Below the pieces are notes generated by a model. The model saw nothing but the letters and a program-made list of their open reading frames with translations. It was not told where the DNA came from and ran no database searches. 64,000 nt of DNA, taken from assembly GCA_041695325.1 (NCBI GenBank), contig JBGFRC010000024.1, positions 17,271 through 81,270 of the forward strand. Direction: 5' to 3'. Shown here piece after piece: positions 12,655 to 24,539 of this stretch. Origin of the DNA: Pseudomonadota bacterium. Lineage in GTDB: Bacteria > Pseudomonadota > Gammaproteobacteria > SURF-13. The position numbers were made by a program, and so were the translations under genes. Within the stretch, counting starts at the first letter, position 1. Each line of letters opens with the position of its first letter.

Positions 12655-13974
12655 TCAGATGATCAAGGAGTGCAGTATACCCAATATGGCGCAGGCGGCG
12701 AGCAGCGGAATAACGCCCAGATTAAACCGCACAAGCGCGATGAAGGCGGCCACGCTCACCGGAACCACACCAAGGCCCGCGGCATAGCCCTGCGGCCAGA
12801 ACACGTGATAGGCAAAAAACAGCGCGAGATTAAGAATCACCCCCACCACGGCGGCGGTGATGGCGGAAAGCGGCGCGGTGAACTTGAGCGCGTGACGCGT
12901 AGCCTCGACGAGCGGCGCGCCCACCAGGATGAACAGGAATGAGGGCAGGAAGGTAAACCAGGTCGCCACCAGCCCGCCCGCAAGACCCGCGAGCGTCAAG
13001 GCGTCCGGGCCGAACACCTGCTTGGTCCAGGCGCCGACGAATCCCACGTAGGTGACCACCATGATGAGCGGCCCCGGCGTGGTCTCGCCGAGCGCGAGGC
13101 CGTCCATCATCTGCCCGGTGCTGAGCCACTGGTAATGCTCCACCGCGCCCTGATGCACATACGGCAGCACCGCATAGGCCCCGCCGAAGGTGAGCAGCGC
13201 GGCCTTGGTGAAAAACCAGCCCATTTGCGTAAGCGCGCCGTCCCAGCCATAACGGCTGTAGAGCAGCGCCATCACGGCGATCCAAAGCGCCGCCCCCGCA
13301 GCGGCAAAACTCAGCGCATGCGCGAGCCTGAAACGCGCGTGTTCCGGCAGCGCCGTGTGATCGTCAATCAACGCCTGGCTGTGGCCCGCGCTGGGCGCGT
13401 CATGCTGATTGGCGGCGGAAAACAGCGCCGGACGCACCCGTCCGGCGAGATAACCGATGAGCCCCGCGCTGACGATGATGTAGGGAAACGGCACCTTGAA
13501 TATAAAGATGGCGGTGAATGCCGCAGCGGCCAGCGCCCACAGCAGCGCATTTTTAATGGTGCGCTTGCCGATACGGTAAGCGGCGAACAACACGATGGCC
13601 GTGACGGCCGGCTTGATTCCGTAAAAAATCCCCGCCACCAGCGGCGCGTCGCCAAATACCAGATACACCCAGGTCAGGCCGAGCAGCACGAACAGCGACG
13701 GCAGGATAAACAGCACGCCCGCCAGGATACCGCCCCTGACGCCGTGCAGCAGCCAGCCGATATAGGTCGCAAGCTGCTGCGCCTCCGGGCCGGGCAGCAG
13801 CATGCAGTAATTGAGCGCGTGCAGAAAGCGCCGCTCCGAAATCCAGCGGCGCCGCTCCACCAGCTCCTCGTGCATCAGGCTGATTTGCGCCACCGGCCCC
13901 CCGAAGCTGATGAAGCCGAGCTTGAGCCAATAGCGCAGTGCCGTCTTGAACGAAACATGTCTCGGCTCTGGCAT
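12655..13974 (-). CDS. chrA: chromate transporter ChrA family
   Basis: 439 aa, multi-TM, with [33 protein letters not shown] typical of the CHR family duplicated-domain transporter. Confidence 0.85.
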   Translation of the reverse strand: MPEPRHVSFKTALRYWLKLGFISFGGPVAQISLMHEELVERRRWISERRFLHALNYCMLLPGPEAQQLATYIGWLLHGVRGGILAGVLFILPSLFVLLGLTWVYLVFGDAPLVAGIFYGIKPAVTAIVLFAAYRIGKRTIKNALLWALAAAAFTAIFIFKVPFPYIIVSAGLIGYLAGRVRPALFSAANQHDAPSAGHSQALIDDHTALPEHARFRLAHALSFAAAGAALWIAVMALLYSRYGWDGALTQMGWFFTKAALLTFGGAYAVLPYVHQGAVEHYQWLSTGQMMDGLALGETTPGPLIMVVTYVGFVGAWTKQVFGPDALTLAGLAGGLVATWFTFLPSFLFILVGAPLVEATRHALKFTAPLSAITAAVVGVILNLALFFAYHVFWPQGYAAGLGVVPVSVAAFIALVRFNLGVIPLLAACAILGILHSLII

Positions 13975-14035
13975 TAGGGAGGGAGCGGTTATGGTTCACC
14001 GGGCAGGCCGGTAGTGTATCATTGCAGCTACACGC

Positions 14036-14809
14036 ATGCGCATCATCACCCTCAATTGCAACGGCATCCGTTCCGCGGCCGGCAAGGGCTTTTTCCCGTG
14101 GATGCTGAAGCAAAAATCCGACGTGGTCTGCCTGCAGGAGACCAAGGCGCAGGAACATCAACTGACCGACAGCGCGCTGCGCCCGGACGGCTACCATTCC
14201 TATTTCCACGACGCGGTGAAAAAGGGCTACAGCGGCGTGGCGCTGTACTGCAAGCACGAACCGGACAAAGTCATCATGGGCCTCGGCTGGCCGGACTTCG
14301 ACGCCGAAGCGCGTTATATCGAGGCGCGCTTTGGAAACTTAAGCGTGGTGTCGTTATATCTACCCTCCGGTTCGTCCGGGCCGGAGCGGCAAGAGGTGAA
14401 ATTCGATTTCATGGAGCGCTTGGTACCGGTGCTGAAAAAAACGCGCCGCAGCAAGTGCGAATACATCCTGTGCGGCGACTGGAACATCGCGCACAAAAAT
14501 ATTGATCTCAAAAACTGGCGCGGCAACCAGAAAAATTCCGGCTTCCTCCCCGAAGAGCGCGCCTGGATGGATCAATTATTCGACAAGCTCGGCTTCGTGG
14601 ACGCGTTCCGCGTGGTGAATCAGGAGCCGGAGCAATACACCTGGTGGTCCAACCGCGGCCGGGCGTGGGAGAAAAACGTCGGATGGCGCATTGATTATCA
14701 GGTCATCACGCCGGGTCTCGCGGATAAAGTGAAATCGGCTTCGATTTATAAAGCGCAGCGCTTCTCCGACCATGCGCCGTTGACGATGGATTACGATTAC
14801 AAGCTCTGA
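14036..14809 (+). CDS. xthA: exodeoxyribonuclease III (EEP family). It occupies the position held by crc next to pyrE in Pseudomonas
   Basis: 257 aa: MRIITLNCNGIRSA...VVCLQETK...CGDWNIAHK...SDHAP. The ExoIII catalytic Glu, Asp and His residues are retained, unlike the catalytically dead Crc. Confidence 0.85.
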   Translation: MRIITLNCNGIRSAAGKGFFPWMLKQKSDVVCLQETKAQEHQLTDSALRPDGYHSYFHDAVKKGYSGVALYCKHEPDKVIMGLGWPDFDAEARYIEARFGNLSVVSLYLPSGSSGPERQEVKFDFMERLVPVLKKTRRSKCEYILCGDWNIAHKNIDLKNWRGNQKNSGFLPEERAWMDQLFDKLGFVDAFRVVNQEPEQYTWWSNRGRAWEKNVGWRIDYQVITPGLADKVKSASIYKAQRFSDHAPLTMDYDYKL

Positions 14810-16113
14810 TGCTGATCAAAGACTACCTCGCCATCTTCACCAACCGCCGCGTGGCGGTGGTGCTGCTGCTCGGATTTTCCTCCGGCCTGCCGCTGGCGCT
14901 TTCCGGCGGGACGCTGCAGGCGTGGATGACCACTGCGGGGGTGGATTTGAAAACCATCGGCATCTTCACGCTGGTGGGCCTGCCTTACACGATAAAGTTC
15001 CTGTGGGCGCCGTTCATGGACCGGTTTGTGCCGCCGTGGTTGGGGCGACGACGCGGCTGGATGGTCGCCACCCAGCTTGTGCTCATGCTGGGCATCGCGG
15101 CGATGGGACTTTCTTCGCCGCAGCATGCGCTGTGGGCCCTGGCGGCGCTCGCCTTGTTTGTCGCCTTCGCCTCCGCTTCGCAGGACATCGCCTTCGACGC
15201 TTACCGCGCCGACGTGTTACGCCCGGCGGAGCGCGGCGCGGGCGCGGCGGTGTCGGTGATGGGCTATCGCATCGCCATGCTGGTATCGGGCGCGGGCGCA
15301 CTGATTCTCGCCGACCACTTCGGCTGGCAGACCACGTATCTCATTCTGGCGGGCTTGATGATTATCGGCGTGATCGCCACGCTGCTCGGCCCGGAGCCGG
15401 ACGGGCGCATCATTCCGCCGCGCACCCTGCAGGAGGCGGTGACCGGGCCGTTAAAAGCCTTCGTTTCGCTGCACTCTCTCACGGGCGCGCTGTGGATACT
15501 GCTGCTGATCGTGCTGTACAAATTCGGCGACGCCTTCGCGGGCGCGTTGAGCACCGCCTTTCTGCTGCGCGGCGTGGGCTTTTCCTTGAGTGAGGTAGGC
15601 GCGGTCAACAAAGGGTTGGGTTTGCTTGCACTGATTCTGGGCGCGCTGTTTGGCGGCGCGCTGCTGCCGAAACTCGGGCTCTACCGCGCCTTGATGCTGT
15701 TCGGCGTGCTACAGGCGGTTTCCAACCTGAGCTTCATGCTGCTGGCGTGGGCGGGAAAGAGTTACGCGCTGCTCGTCGCCGCCGTGGTGTTCGAGCAGGT
15801 GAGCGGCGGCATGGGCACGGCGGCGTTTGTGGCGCTGCTCATGGCGCTGTGCGACCACCGTTACACGGCGATGCAGTTCGCACTGTTTTCCGCGCTGGCC
15901 GCGTTCGGCCGGCAATACCTCGGCCCGCCCGCGGGGCTACTGGCCGACGAGTTGGGCTGGGTGATTTTTTTCCTCATCACCGCGCTCGCGGCGCTGCCGG
16001 GACTGTGGCTGCTGTGGGGGATGCGCGCGCGCATCAGCGGTCTGGAAGGCGGCGGCCCGGTCAACCCGGCTTGCGCCGGAAGCGATACAGCGCGATCTCG
16101 CCCAGCAGATTAG
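14809..16113 (+). CDS. ampG: muropeptide permease AmpG (MFS)
   Basis: 434-aa 12-14 TM MFS protein; the N-terminus AIFTNRRVAVVLLLGFSSGLPLAL and the overall profile match AmpG. Confidence 0.85.
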   Translation: MLIKDYLAIFTNRRVAVVLLLGFSSGLPLALSGGTLQAWMTTAGVDLKTIGIFTLVGLPYTIKFLWAPFMDRFVPPWLGRRRGWMVATQLVLMLGIAAMGLSSPQHALWALAALALFVAFASASQDIAFDAYRADVLRPAERGAGAAVSVMGYRIAMLVSGAGALILADHFGWQTTYLILAGLMIIGVIATLLGPEPDGRIIPPRTLQEAVTGPLKAFVSLHSLTGALWILLLIVLYKFGDAFAGALSTAFLLRGVGFSLSEVGAVNKGLGLLALILGALFGGALLPKLGLYRALMLFGVLQAVSNLSFMLLAWAGKSYALLVAAVVFEQVSGGMGTAAFVALLMALCDHRYTAMQFALFSALAAFGRQYLGPPAGLLADELGWVIFFLITALAALPGLWLLWGMRARISGLEGGGPVNPACAGSDTARSRPAD

Positions 16114-16684
16114 GCAGCAGCGTCATCCCCAGGCTGGTGCGGTGCGCCTGGTCCACCACCGTGCGTTGCAGGATCACGATGTCTTTTTTCGCGCACAGGT
16201 TTTCAAAATCCCTGAGCGTGCACAGATGAATGTTGGGCGTGTTGTACCAGTCATTGGGGAGGTTGCGCGACACCGGCATGTGGCCGCCGAACGCGATTTG
16301 CAGACGATTTTGCCAGTAACCGAAATTGGGGAAACTCACGATGCCCTCGCTGCCCACGTGCAGCATTTCATCCAGCAACCGCTCCGGGTAGCGCACCGCC
16401 TGCAGGGTGAGCGACAGGATCACGTAGTCAAACGAATCCGCATCGAAATAACCCGACAGGCCGGCGTCGAGGTCGCTCTGAATCACGTTCACCTTGTTCT
16501 CGAGGCACTTCTGGATTTTATCCTCGTCCAGTTCCAGGCCGTAGCCGGTGACCTCGCGCGTGGCGTTGAGGTAGGACAGCAGCGCGCCATCGCCGCAACC
16601 GAGATCGAGCACGCGGCTTTGGGGCGCGATCCACTCGCTGATGATTTCAAGATCGGGGCGCAGTGCGGGCAACCGTTGGGTCAT
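16061..16684 (-). CDS. metW: methionine biosynthesis protein MetW
   Basis: 207 aa with a methyltransferase-like fold ([12 protein letters not shown]). It is co-transcribed downstream of metX, overlapping it by 4 nt. Confidence 0.88.
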   Translation of the reverse strand: MTQRLPALRPDLEIISEWIAPQSRVLDLGCGDGALLSYLNATREVTGYGLELDEDKIQKCLENKVNVIQSDLDAGLSGYFDADSFDYVILSLTLQAVRYPERLLDEMLHVGSEGIVSFPNFGYWQNRLQIAFGGHMPVSRNLPNDWYNTPNIHLCTLRDFENLCAKKDIVILQRTVVDQAHRTSLGMTLLPNLLGEIALYRFRRKPG

Positions 16685-17832
16685 GGCACACCCGCCTCAA
16701 CGGCCACGCGCTCCATATAGGCGCGCAGCAGCGCCTGATAGCGCGGATTGGGAATGAGAAAGGCATCGTGCCCTTCGTGCGAGGTGATCTCGGCGTAACT
16801 CACGTCGTGGTCGTTATCGAGCAGCGCCCGCACGATCTCGCGCGAGCGCACCGGCGGAAAACGCCAGTCGCTGGTGAAGGCCAGCACCAGAAATCCCGCC
16901 TGTGCCTGCCTCAAGGCCGCCGACAAATTGTGATCGAACTCCGCCGCGGGATCGAAATAGTCCAGCGCCTTGGTCATCAGCAAATAGGTATTGGCGTCAA
17001 AACGCTCGACGAACGATTGGCCCTGATAGCGCAGGTAGCTTTCGACCTGGAATTCCACGTCGAAGCCGAAACCGAGCTTGCCTTCGCGCAGCTCGCGTCC
17101 GAACTTGGCGCGCATCGCGTCATCGGAGAGATAGGTGATGTGGCCGAGCATGCGCGCCAGCATCAAGCCGCGGCGCGGCGTGACGTTGTGCTCATAATAA
17201 TGCCCGGCGTGAAAATCGGGGTCGGACATGATGGCCTGACGCGCCACCTCGTTGAACGCGATGTTCTGCGCTGAGAGCTTGGGCGCGGCGGCGATCACCA
17301 GCGCGTGGCGCAGGCCATTCGGGTAGTCCATCGCCCATTGCAGGCTTTGCATGCCGCCCAGGCTGCCGCCGATCACCGCCGCCCATTGCTCGATGCCGAG
17401 CGCCTCGCCCAGACGTTTCTGGCTTCGCACCCAGTCGCGCACCGTGACGATGGGGAAGTCGGGGCCGTACGGCTTGCCGGTGGCGGGATTCAGGCTCACC
17501 GGCCCGGTGGAGCCCTTACAGCCGCCCAGATTATTGAGCGACACCACAAAGAAGCGCCGCGTGTCAAACGGCTTGCCGGGACCGATGCAGGAGTCCCACC
17601 AGCCCGGTTTCTTGTCGTCCGGCGAGTGATAGCCCGCCGCGTGGTGATCGCCGGACAGCGCGTGGCAGATCAGCAACGCGTTGGAGCGATCGCAGTTTAA
17701 CTCGCCGTAGGTCTCGTAAACCACCTCATACTCGTCCAGCGTGCGTCCGCAGTCGAGCGCCAGCGGCGCGCTGAAACGGCGCGTCTGCGGGGTGACCAGA
17801 CCGACTGAGTCTGCGGGTATCGCCTTGGGCAT
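16681..17832 (-). CDS. metX: homoserine O-acyltransferase (MetX)
   Basis: 383-aa alpha/beta hydrolase with MetX motifs ([21 protein letters not shown]). Confidence 0.92.
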   Translation of the reverse strand: MPKAIPADSVGLVTPQTRRFSAPLALDCGRTLDEYEVVYETYGELNCDRSNALLICHALSGDHHAAGYHSPDDKKPGWWDSCIGPGKPFDTRRFFVVSLNNLGGCKGSTGPVSLNPATGKPYGPDFPIVTVRDWVRSQKRLGEALGIEQWAAVIGGSLGGMQSLQWAMDYPNGLRHALVIAAAPKLSAQNIAFNEVARQAIMSDPDFHAGHYYEHNVTPRRGLMLARMLGHITYLSDDAMRAKFGRELREGKLGFGFDVEFQVESYLRYQGQSFVERFDANTYLLMTKALDYFDPAAEFDHNLSAALRQAQAGFLVLAFTSDWRFPPVRSREIVRALLDNDHDVSYAEITSHEGHDAFLIPNPRYQALLRAYMERVAVEAGVP

Positions 17833-17844
17833 GCCGTTAGATTA

Positions 17845-19515
<1,671 letters not shown>

Positions 19516-19594
19516 AAAGGCAGTTACAAGATACAAGTGACAGGAGAAAAAGGATCAGGCGCTATGATAGTGGATATTCGCCCGCGATTGCTTG

Positions 19595-20191
19595 TTACAT
19601 GGCGCTTGCTACCGGCTTCTCCAGACGCAAAGCGGGGGCGTGGTCTTCGTAGTAATCGGCGATCCGCCGCATAAGCTGAAAGCCTGCCTTCCGGTACAGG
19701 CGCAAGGCGGGGGCGTTGTCGCTGCGCACTTCCAGGCTTAATACGCGGCAGCCTCGCTCCCCCGCCGCGCACTCGGCGTGCGCGAGCAGCGCGCGGGCGA
19801 TGCCGCGGCCTTGATAGGAGGGATGCACGGCGATGGAGTAGAGCCGCGCCTGGAGCGAGTTGCGCCGGTAGAGCAGCACGGCGTTGCCTGCCACGCACCC
19901 ATCTTCTTCATACACCCATACTTCCGCGCTGGCGCTGTGTAGCAGGCGGCGCAAACTTTGCGGCGACAGGCGGTCGCCGGGGAAGTGGCGCTCCAGCGCG
20001 GCCAGGGCGTCAAGGTCGGCGGGCAGCGCGGCGCGTATTCCCGCGCCGCGCCTGTCTGCGCCTGCTTGCGCGCTGCGCGCAGGCAAGTGCGGACGCGCAC
20101 AGGCAGGCGCATCCACCTGCAGCTTTACGCCGGACGGCGTGGCAGGTTCAGCCTTGAGCACTGTAACGGCTGAGGGTGAACTTCTCGCCAA
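19595..20191 (-). CDS. GNAT-family N-acetyltransferase (RimI-like) with an uncertain start; the 5' end runs through a REP element
   Basis: The C-terminal 140 aa carry the GNAT acetyl-CoA motif (IAVHPSYQGRGIARALL...RLYRKAGF). The N-terminal extension encodes PACARPHLPARSAQAGADRRG, read from the palindromic REP at 20041-20104, and the longest ORF overlaps the upstream gene by 44 nt. Confidence 0.65.
   Translation of the reverse strand: MARSSPSAVTVLKAEPATPSGVKLQVDAPACARPHLPARSAQAGADRRGAGIRAALPADLDALAALERHFPGDRLSPQSLRRLLHSASAEVWVYEEDGCVAGNAVLLYRRNSLQARLYSIAVHPSYQGRGIARALLAHAECAAGERGCRVLSLEVRSDNAPALRLYRKAGFQLMRRIADYYEDHAPALRLEKPVASAM
20041..20104. repeat. REP-like palindromic element (family A)
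   Basis: cgcctgtctgcgcctgcttgcgcgctgcgcgcaggcaagtgcggacgcgcacaggcaggcgc. Near-identical copies lie at 53379-53430 and 54237-54280, with a reversed copy at 53881-53912. Confidence 0.6.
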
Positions 20192-21242
20192 ACAGCGCCG
20201 GGCGGTAGCTCATCTTCACCTTGCGCAGGTTTTCCAGGCCCAGGTCGTCACCGACGTTGATGAAGGTGCAGTCGCGGTAGGTCTTGGCGAATTCGCGGAA
20301 CAGGTATTGCGCCGAGCCCTGGATGGTGAAGTTGGTTTTCTCCACCAGTACGCTGGCCACGTCCGCGGTGATGCGCTCGCCGAAGGTGAAGCCTTCGATG
20401 CGCCCGCCGATGATAAGGCACAGGCCGCCCAATCCCAGATAGTCGTAGTGCTCCAGCGCGCGGTTGATGGCGGTGCGTTCCAGCTCCGCGGTGCACAGAA
20501 AATGGGGTATCTCCTGTGCGGGCAGATATTTGATGCGCCCCTGCAGCCAGCGGTTGACGAGGTCGCGGATGCCGTCCCAGTGCTCGCGCCCCGCCGGCTC
20601 CATGCGGTGACCGGGATAGCTGCGCCGGAACTGATTGATCTCGTTGCGCTTGGTCTTGTAGGCGTTGCCCTTGAGCTCGATCAGGTCGGAGGTGGTATAG
20701 ATGTAGTCCGGTAGCGCGCGTTCCACCAGCCAGTTATTGGTCACGGCGGGGAACGGGACGTCCTGCTCCAGGTTCAGCGCCTGAAGGAAATCGCGGTACA
20801 CGAACTCGACCTTGCCGAGCCAGGGGGTGGCGTTGTAGCCGTCCATGATCTCGAAGCAGGCGGCGAGCGCGCCCGGCTGATCCTGCGGCGCGCCGAGCGG
20901 CGGCAGCAGCATGGCAAGGCCGTCGCCGGTCAGACTGAACAGGCAGAAGCAGTCCTCGATGATCTGGTAAAAGCCGCTCTTCTGGGTCAGCCAGATGATG
21001 TTGTTGGCGAAGGTGTAATCGGAGAGCGGGACTTGGGCGCGGCGCTGGTAGGCTTCGAACAGCGGCTTGACGTCGGCGGTAAAGGGATAAAGCTTGTGGC
21101 CTTCTATGGCGAGGTAGCGGTTGGGGAAACTTTTGTTGACATGCAGCGTCAGGTTTTCAACGGGGGGGGAAGGTCGTTCCCATCGGAGGTGATGATTCGA
21201 TGGCTGACTACTACCGGGAGGTTCTTCAAGGGTGCGTAACAT
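20148..21242 (-). CDS. DUF2156 / MprF C-terminal-like (aminoacyl-transferase fold) domain protein
   Basis: 364-aa soluble protein whose composition and motif pattern resemble the lysyl-phosphatidylglycerol synthase C-terminal domain family. It lies immediately upstream of the GNAT gene and divergent from the HDAC gene. Confidence 0.7.
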   Translation of the reverse strand: MLRTLEEPPGSSQPSNHHLRWERPSPPVENLTLHVNKSFPNRYLAIEGHKLYPFTADVKPLFEAYQRRAQVPLSDYTFANNIIWLTQKSGFYQIIEDCFCLFSLTGDGLAMLLPPLGAPQDQPGALAACFEIMDGYNATPWLGKVEFVYRDFLQALNLEQDVPFPAVTNNWLVERALPDYIYTTSDLIELKGNAYKTKRNEINQFRRSYPGHRMEPAGREHWDGIRDLVNRWLQGRIKYLPAQEIPHFLCTAELERTAINRALEHYDYLGLGGLCLIIGGRIEGFTFGERITADVASVLVEKTNFTIQGSAQYLFREFAKTYRDCTFINVGDDLGLENLRKVKMSYRPALFGEKFTLSRYSAQG

Positions 21243-21340
21243 TGGGCGTCTTGCTCCTGTGTGATTGAGGTGGCGTTACTAAAACAAAATACGCCGCGCC
21301 TGTCAATGACTATTTTTCAGGGATGGTAAACTGACTTCCG

Positions 21341-22294
21341 ATGGACCGGGTATGCGTATACATCGGCGCGGCGCTGGCGCGCTACGGCTTCGGCCACGGC
21401 CATCCGTTCGGGCCGGACCGGATGGATGCGTTCTGGAACGAAGCGCGGCGGCTGGGGCTGCACCGGCGCGTCAGCGTGTGCGCGCCGGTGCAGGCGACCC
21501 AGGAGGAAATCGAGCGCTTCCACACCCACGACTACGTGCAGCGCGTCCAGGCGCAATCCCAAACCGGACGCGGCTATCTCGACTACGGCGACACGCCCGC
21601 GTTTCCCGGCGTATACGAGGCTGCGGCCACGGTGGCGGGCTCGGCGCTCGACGCCATGCGCCGTATCATGGAAGCCCGCTGCCGATACGCTTTCGTGCCC
21701 ATTGCGGGCCTGCATCACGCCCGGCGCGACACGGCGGCGGGTTTTTGCGTGTTCAACGACTGCGGCGTGGTGATCGAGAGCTTGCGCACGGAGTACGGCG
21801 TCAAGCGCATCGCCTATGTGGACATAGATGCGCACCACGGCGACGGGGTGTTCTACGCCTTCGAGGGCGACCCCGATGTGTTCATCGCCGATCTGCACGA
21901 GGACGGGCGCACTTTATACCCCGGCACCGGCGCGGCGCACGAACGCGGCGCGGGGGCGGCCGCAGGCAGCAAGCTCAATATCCCCATGCCGCCGGGCGCC
22001 ATCGATCAGGATTTCCTCGCCGCCTGGCCGCGCGTGGAGCGGTTCCTGCGCGACGCGCGCCCGGAGTTTATTATCTTGCAATGCGGCGCAGACAGTCTGG
22101 CCGATGATCCCATCACCCACCTGGGCTATAGCCGCGAGGCGCACCGCCACGCCGCCGCGAGTTTGTGCGGGATTGCCGAGGCGTGTTGCGAAGGACGCCT
22201 GCTCGCCCTGGGCGGCGGCGGCTACAACCGCGCCAACATCGCCGCCGCCTGGACTGCGGTGGTAGAGGCGTTGCTGAGCAGCCCACCGGAATGA
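21341..22294 (+). CDS. histone deacetylase-family (AcuC/acetylpolyamine amidohydrolase-like) Zn-dependent deacetylase
   Basis: 317 aa carrying the HDAC-family catalytic and Zn-ligand motifs (HHA, VDIDAHHGDG). Confidence 0.85.
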   Translation: MDRVCVYIGAALARYGFGHGHPFGPDRMDAFWNEARRLGLHRRVSVCAPVQATQEEIERFHTHDYVQRVQAQSQTGRGYLDYGDTPAFPGVYEAAATVAGSALDAMRRIMEARCRYAFVPIAGLHHARRDTAAGFCVFNDCGVVIESLRTEYGVKRIAYVDIDAHHGDGVFYAFEGDPDVFIADLHEDGRTLYPGTGAAHERGAGAAAGSKLNIPMPPGAIDQDFLAAWPRVERFLRDARPEFIILQCGADSLADDPITHLGYSREAHRHAAASLCGIAEACCEGRLLALGGGGYNRANIAAAWTAVVEALLSSPPE

Positions 22295-22316
22295 TACGCC
22301 GCCACGGAAGCTTAAT

Positions 22317-22342
22317 GTGATGCAAAACGAGCTTTGCATCAC
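22317..22342. terminator. palindromic hairpin between the convergent HDAC and small membrane protein genes
   Basis: gtgatgcaaa-acgagc-tttgcatcac is a perfect 10-bp stem. There is no strong U-tract, so it is a weak or Rho-assisted terminator candidate. Confidence 0.35.
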
Positions 22343-22345
22343 CCT

Positions 22346-22567
22346 TTAACCGCCCCCTTGCTGCTGCTCGCCCGGCTTGGGCGCATTGAGCGCCTTGAAG
22401 AAACACCACACGATGGAAGCCAGCCAATACACCAGCGTCCATCCCACGCCCGCCGCCATCATGATGGCCGGACTCAGGGTAAACCAGGTGAGTATCAGGA
22501 CGACGATGAGCGAGACGATCCAGGCGGGAATACGGTTTTGCAGGCACAGGTACATTTGCTGCATCAT
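22346..22567 (-). CDS. small two-TM inner-membrane protein
   Basis: ORF 22346..22603 with the likely start at MMQQMYLCLQNRIPAWIVSLIVVLILTWF. It is hydrophobic and has no family assignment. Confidence 0.45.
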   Translation of the reverse strand: MMQQMYLCLQNRIPAWIVSLIVVLILTWFTLSPAIMMAAGVGWTLVYWLASIVWCFFKALNAPKPGEQQQGGG

Positions 22568-22699
22568 GGTAGACTCCTTTCCGTAGGTCTTTTGACGTTT
22601 CAAAGTTTATCTCAAAATCTCGCCCCGATGCCTTGACCGATGCCCGCGAAATGGGGGCAAAAATCGGTTATTCTTAGAGTCTTTACTTCAGGGAAACCC

Positions 22700-23956
22700 A
22701 TGTTCAGCAAAAGCATGAAAATCGCCGGTTTTGACGACGAGCTGTGGAACGCCATCCAGGCGGAAAGCCGGCGTCAGGAGGATCACATCGAGCTCATCGC
22801 CTCGGAAAATTATGCCAGCCCCAGGGTGCTGGAGGCGCAAGGTTCGGTGCTCACCAATAAATACGCCGAAGGCTATCCCGGCAAGCGCTACTACGGCGGC
22901 TGCGAACACGTGGACGTGGCCGAGCAGCTTGCCGTCGAGCGGGTGAAGAAATTGTTCGGCGCCGATTACGCCAACGTGCAGCCGCACTCCGGTTCGCAGG
23001 CCAACGCCGCGGTGTACACGGCGCTGCTCAATCCGGGCGACACCCTCCTCGGCATGAGCCTCGCCCACGGCGGTCATCTCACGCACGGCGCAAAGGTGAA
23101 TTTTTCCGGCAAGATTTATAACTCCGTGCAGTACGGTCTCAATCCCGCCACCGGAGAGATTGACTATGACCGGGTGGAAAAGCTGGCGCTGGAGCATAAA
23201 CCGAAAATGATCGTGGCGGGTTTTTCCGCCTATTCGCGCGTGGTGGACTGGCAGCGCTTCCGCGCCATCGCGGACAAGGTGGGGGCCTATTTGTTCGTGG
23301 ACATCGCCCACCCAGCGGGCCTGATCGCGGCGGGCGTGTATCCCAGCCCGGTGAACATCGCCGACGTCACCACCTCCACCACGCACAAGACCCTGCGCGG
23401 CCCGCGCGGCGGCGTCATTATGGCGCGCGCCAACCCGGACATCGAGAAGAAGCTCAACTCCACCGTGTTCCCCGGCATCCAGGGCGGACCGCTGATGCAC
23501 GTCATCGCCGCCAAGGCGGTGGCCTTCAAGGAGGCGCTGGCGCCGGAATTCAAGACCTATCAGCAGCAGGTGCTCACCAACGCGCGCGCCATGGCCAAGA
23601 CCGTGATCGAGCGCGGCTATAACGTGGTCTCCGGCGGCACCGACAATCATTTATTCCTGGTGGACCTGGTGAACAAGAAGCTCACCGGCAAGGACGCCGA
23701 GGCCGCGCTCGGCAAGGCGAACATCACGGTGAACAAGAACGCCGTGCCCAACGACCCGCAGTCGCCGTTCGTGACCAGCGGCATCCGCATCGGCACCCCG
23801 GCCATCACCACGCGCGGTTTTAACGAAAATGACGCGCGTCTGCTCGCGGGCTGGATCTGCGACGTGCTGGACAACATCACGGACGAAAAGGTGATCGCGC
23901 GCGTCAAGCAGCAGGCGCTGGACATCTGCCGCCGCCTGCCGGTGTATGGCGGATAG
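22700..23956 (+). CDS. glyA: serine hydroxymethyltransferase
   Basis: Start at [16 protein letters not shown] within ORF 22640..23956, with the PLP-binding motif [12 protein letters not shown]. Confidence 0.95.
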   Translation: MFSKSMKIAGFDDELWNAIQAESRRQEDHIELIASENYASPRVLEAQGSVLTNKYAEGYPGKRYYGGCEHVDVAEQLAVERVKKLFGADYANVQPHSGSQANAAVYTALLNPGDTLLGMSLAHGGHLTHGAKVNFSGKIYNSVQYGLNPATGEIDYDRVEKLALEHKPKMIVAGFSAYSRVVDWQRFRAIADKVGAYLFVDIAHPAGLIAAGVYPSPVNIADVTTSTTHKTLRGPRGGVIMARANPDIEKKLNSTVFPGIQGGPLMHVIAAKAVAFKEALAPEFKTYQQQVLTNARAMAKTVIERGYNVVSGGTDNHLFLVDLVNKKLTGKDAEAALGKANITVNKNAVPNDPQSPFVTSGIRIGTPAITTRGFNENDARLLAGWICDVLDNITDEKVIARVKQQALDICRRLPVYGG

Positions 23957-24029
23957 AATAAACCAACGCTATATCCAGCCCGGCTCCTTCCCCCTTGACG
24001 GGGGGGGGTCAGGACGGGGGTGAGCCGTC

Positions 24030-24539
24030 ATGCGCTGCCCCTTCTGCGGAGCCGAAGACACCAAGGTGGTGGACTCGCGCCTGGCGAGCGAGGGCAGCCA
24101 GGTGCGCCGCCGCCGCGAGTGTCTGGTGTGCGGCGAGCGCTACACCACCTTCGAGTCCGCCGAGCTTGCCATGCCGCGCATCATCAAGCGCGACGGCAGC
24201 CGGGCCAATTTTGATGAAGACAAGCTGCGCGGCGGCATGATGCGCGCCCTGGAAAAACGCCCCGTGCCGAGCGACAAAATCGAGGCCGCGGTGCAGCGCA
24301 TCAAACAGCGCCTGCGCGCCGGCGGCGAGCGCGAGCTGCCCTCGCGCACCCTGGGCGAGTGGGTGATGGACGAGCTGCGCGCGCTGGATGAAGTCGCCTA
24401 CGTGCGCTTCGCCTCGGTGTATCGCAGCTTCCAGGACGTGCGCGCCTTCCGCGAGGAGATCGAGCGCCTGGAAAACCAGCCCGCCGCAGAGGCCAAAAAG
24501 CAGCTCCCGCTGATTACCGCCGACGCCGTTAAGAAATGA
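24030..24539 (+). CDS. nrdR: transcriptional repressor NrdR
   Basis: [42 protein letters not shown] is a Zn-ribbon followed by an ATP-cone, as expected for NrdR. Confidence 0.93.
   Translation: MRCPFCGAEDTKVVDSRLASEGSQVRRRRECLVCGERYTTFESAELAMPRIIKRDGSRANFDEDKLRGGMMRALEKRPVPSDKIEAAVQRIKQRLRAGGERELPSRTLGEWVMDELRALDEVAYVRFASVYRSFQDVRAFREEIERLENQPAAEAKKQLPLITADAVKK

Noticed and set aside
21317-22107. Alternative-frame ORFs (193 aa minus, 251 aa plus) overlapping the HDAC-family gene
   Set aside because: The +1 frame at 21341-22294 carries the HDAC catalytic motifs. The others are Arg/Gly/Ala-rich frame artefacts.
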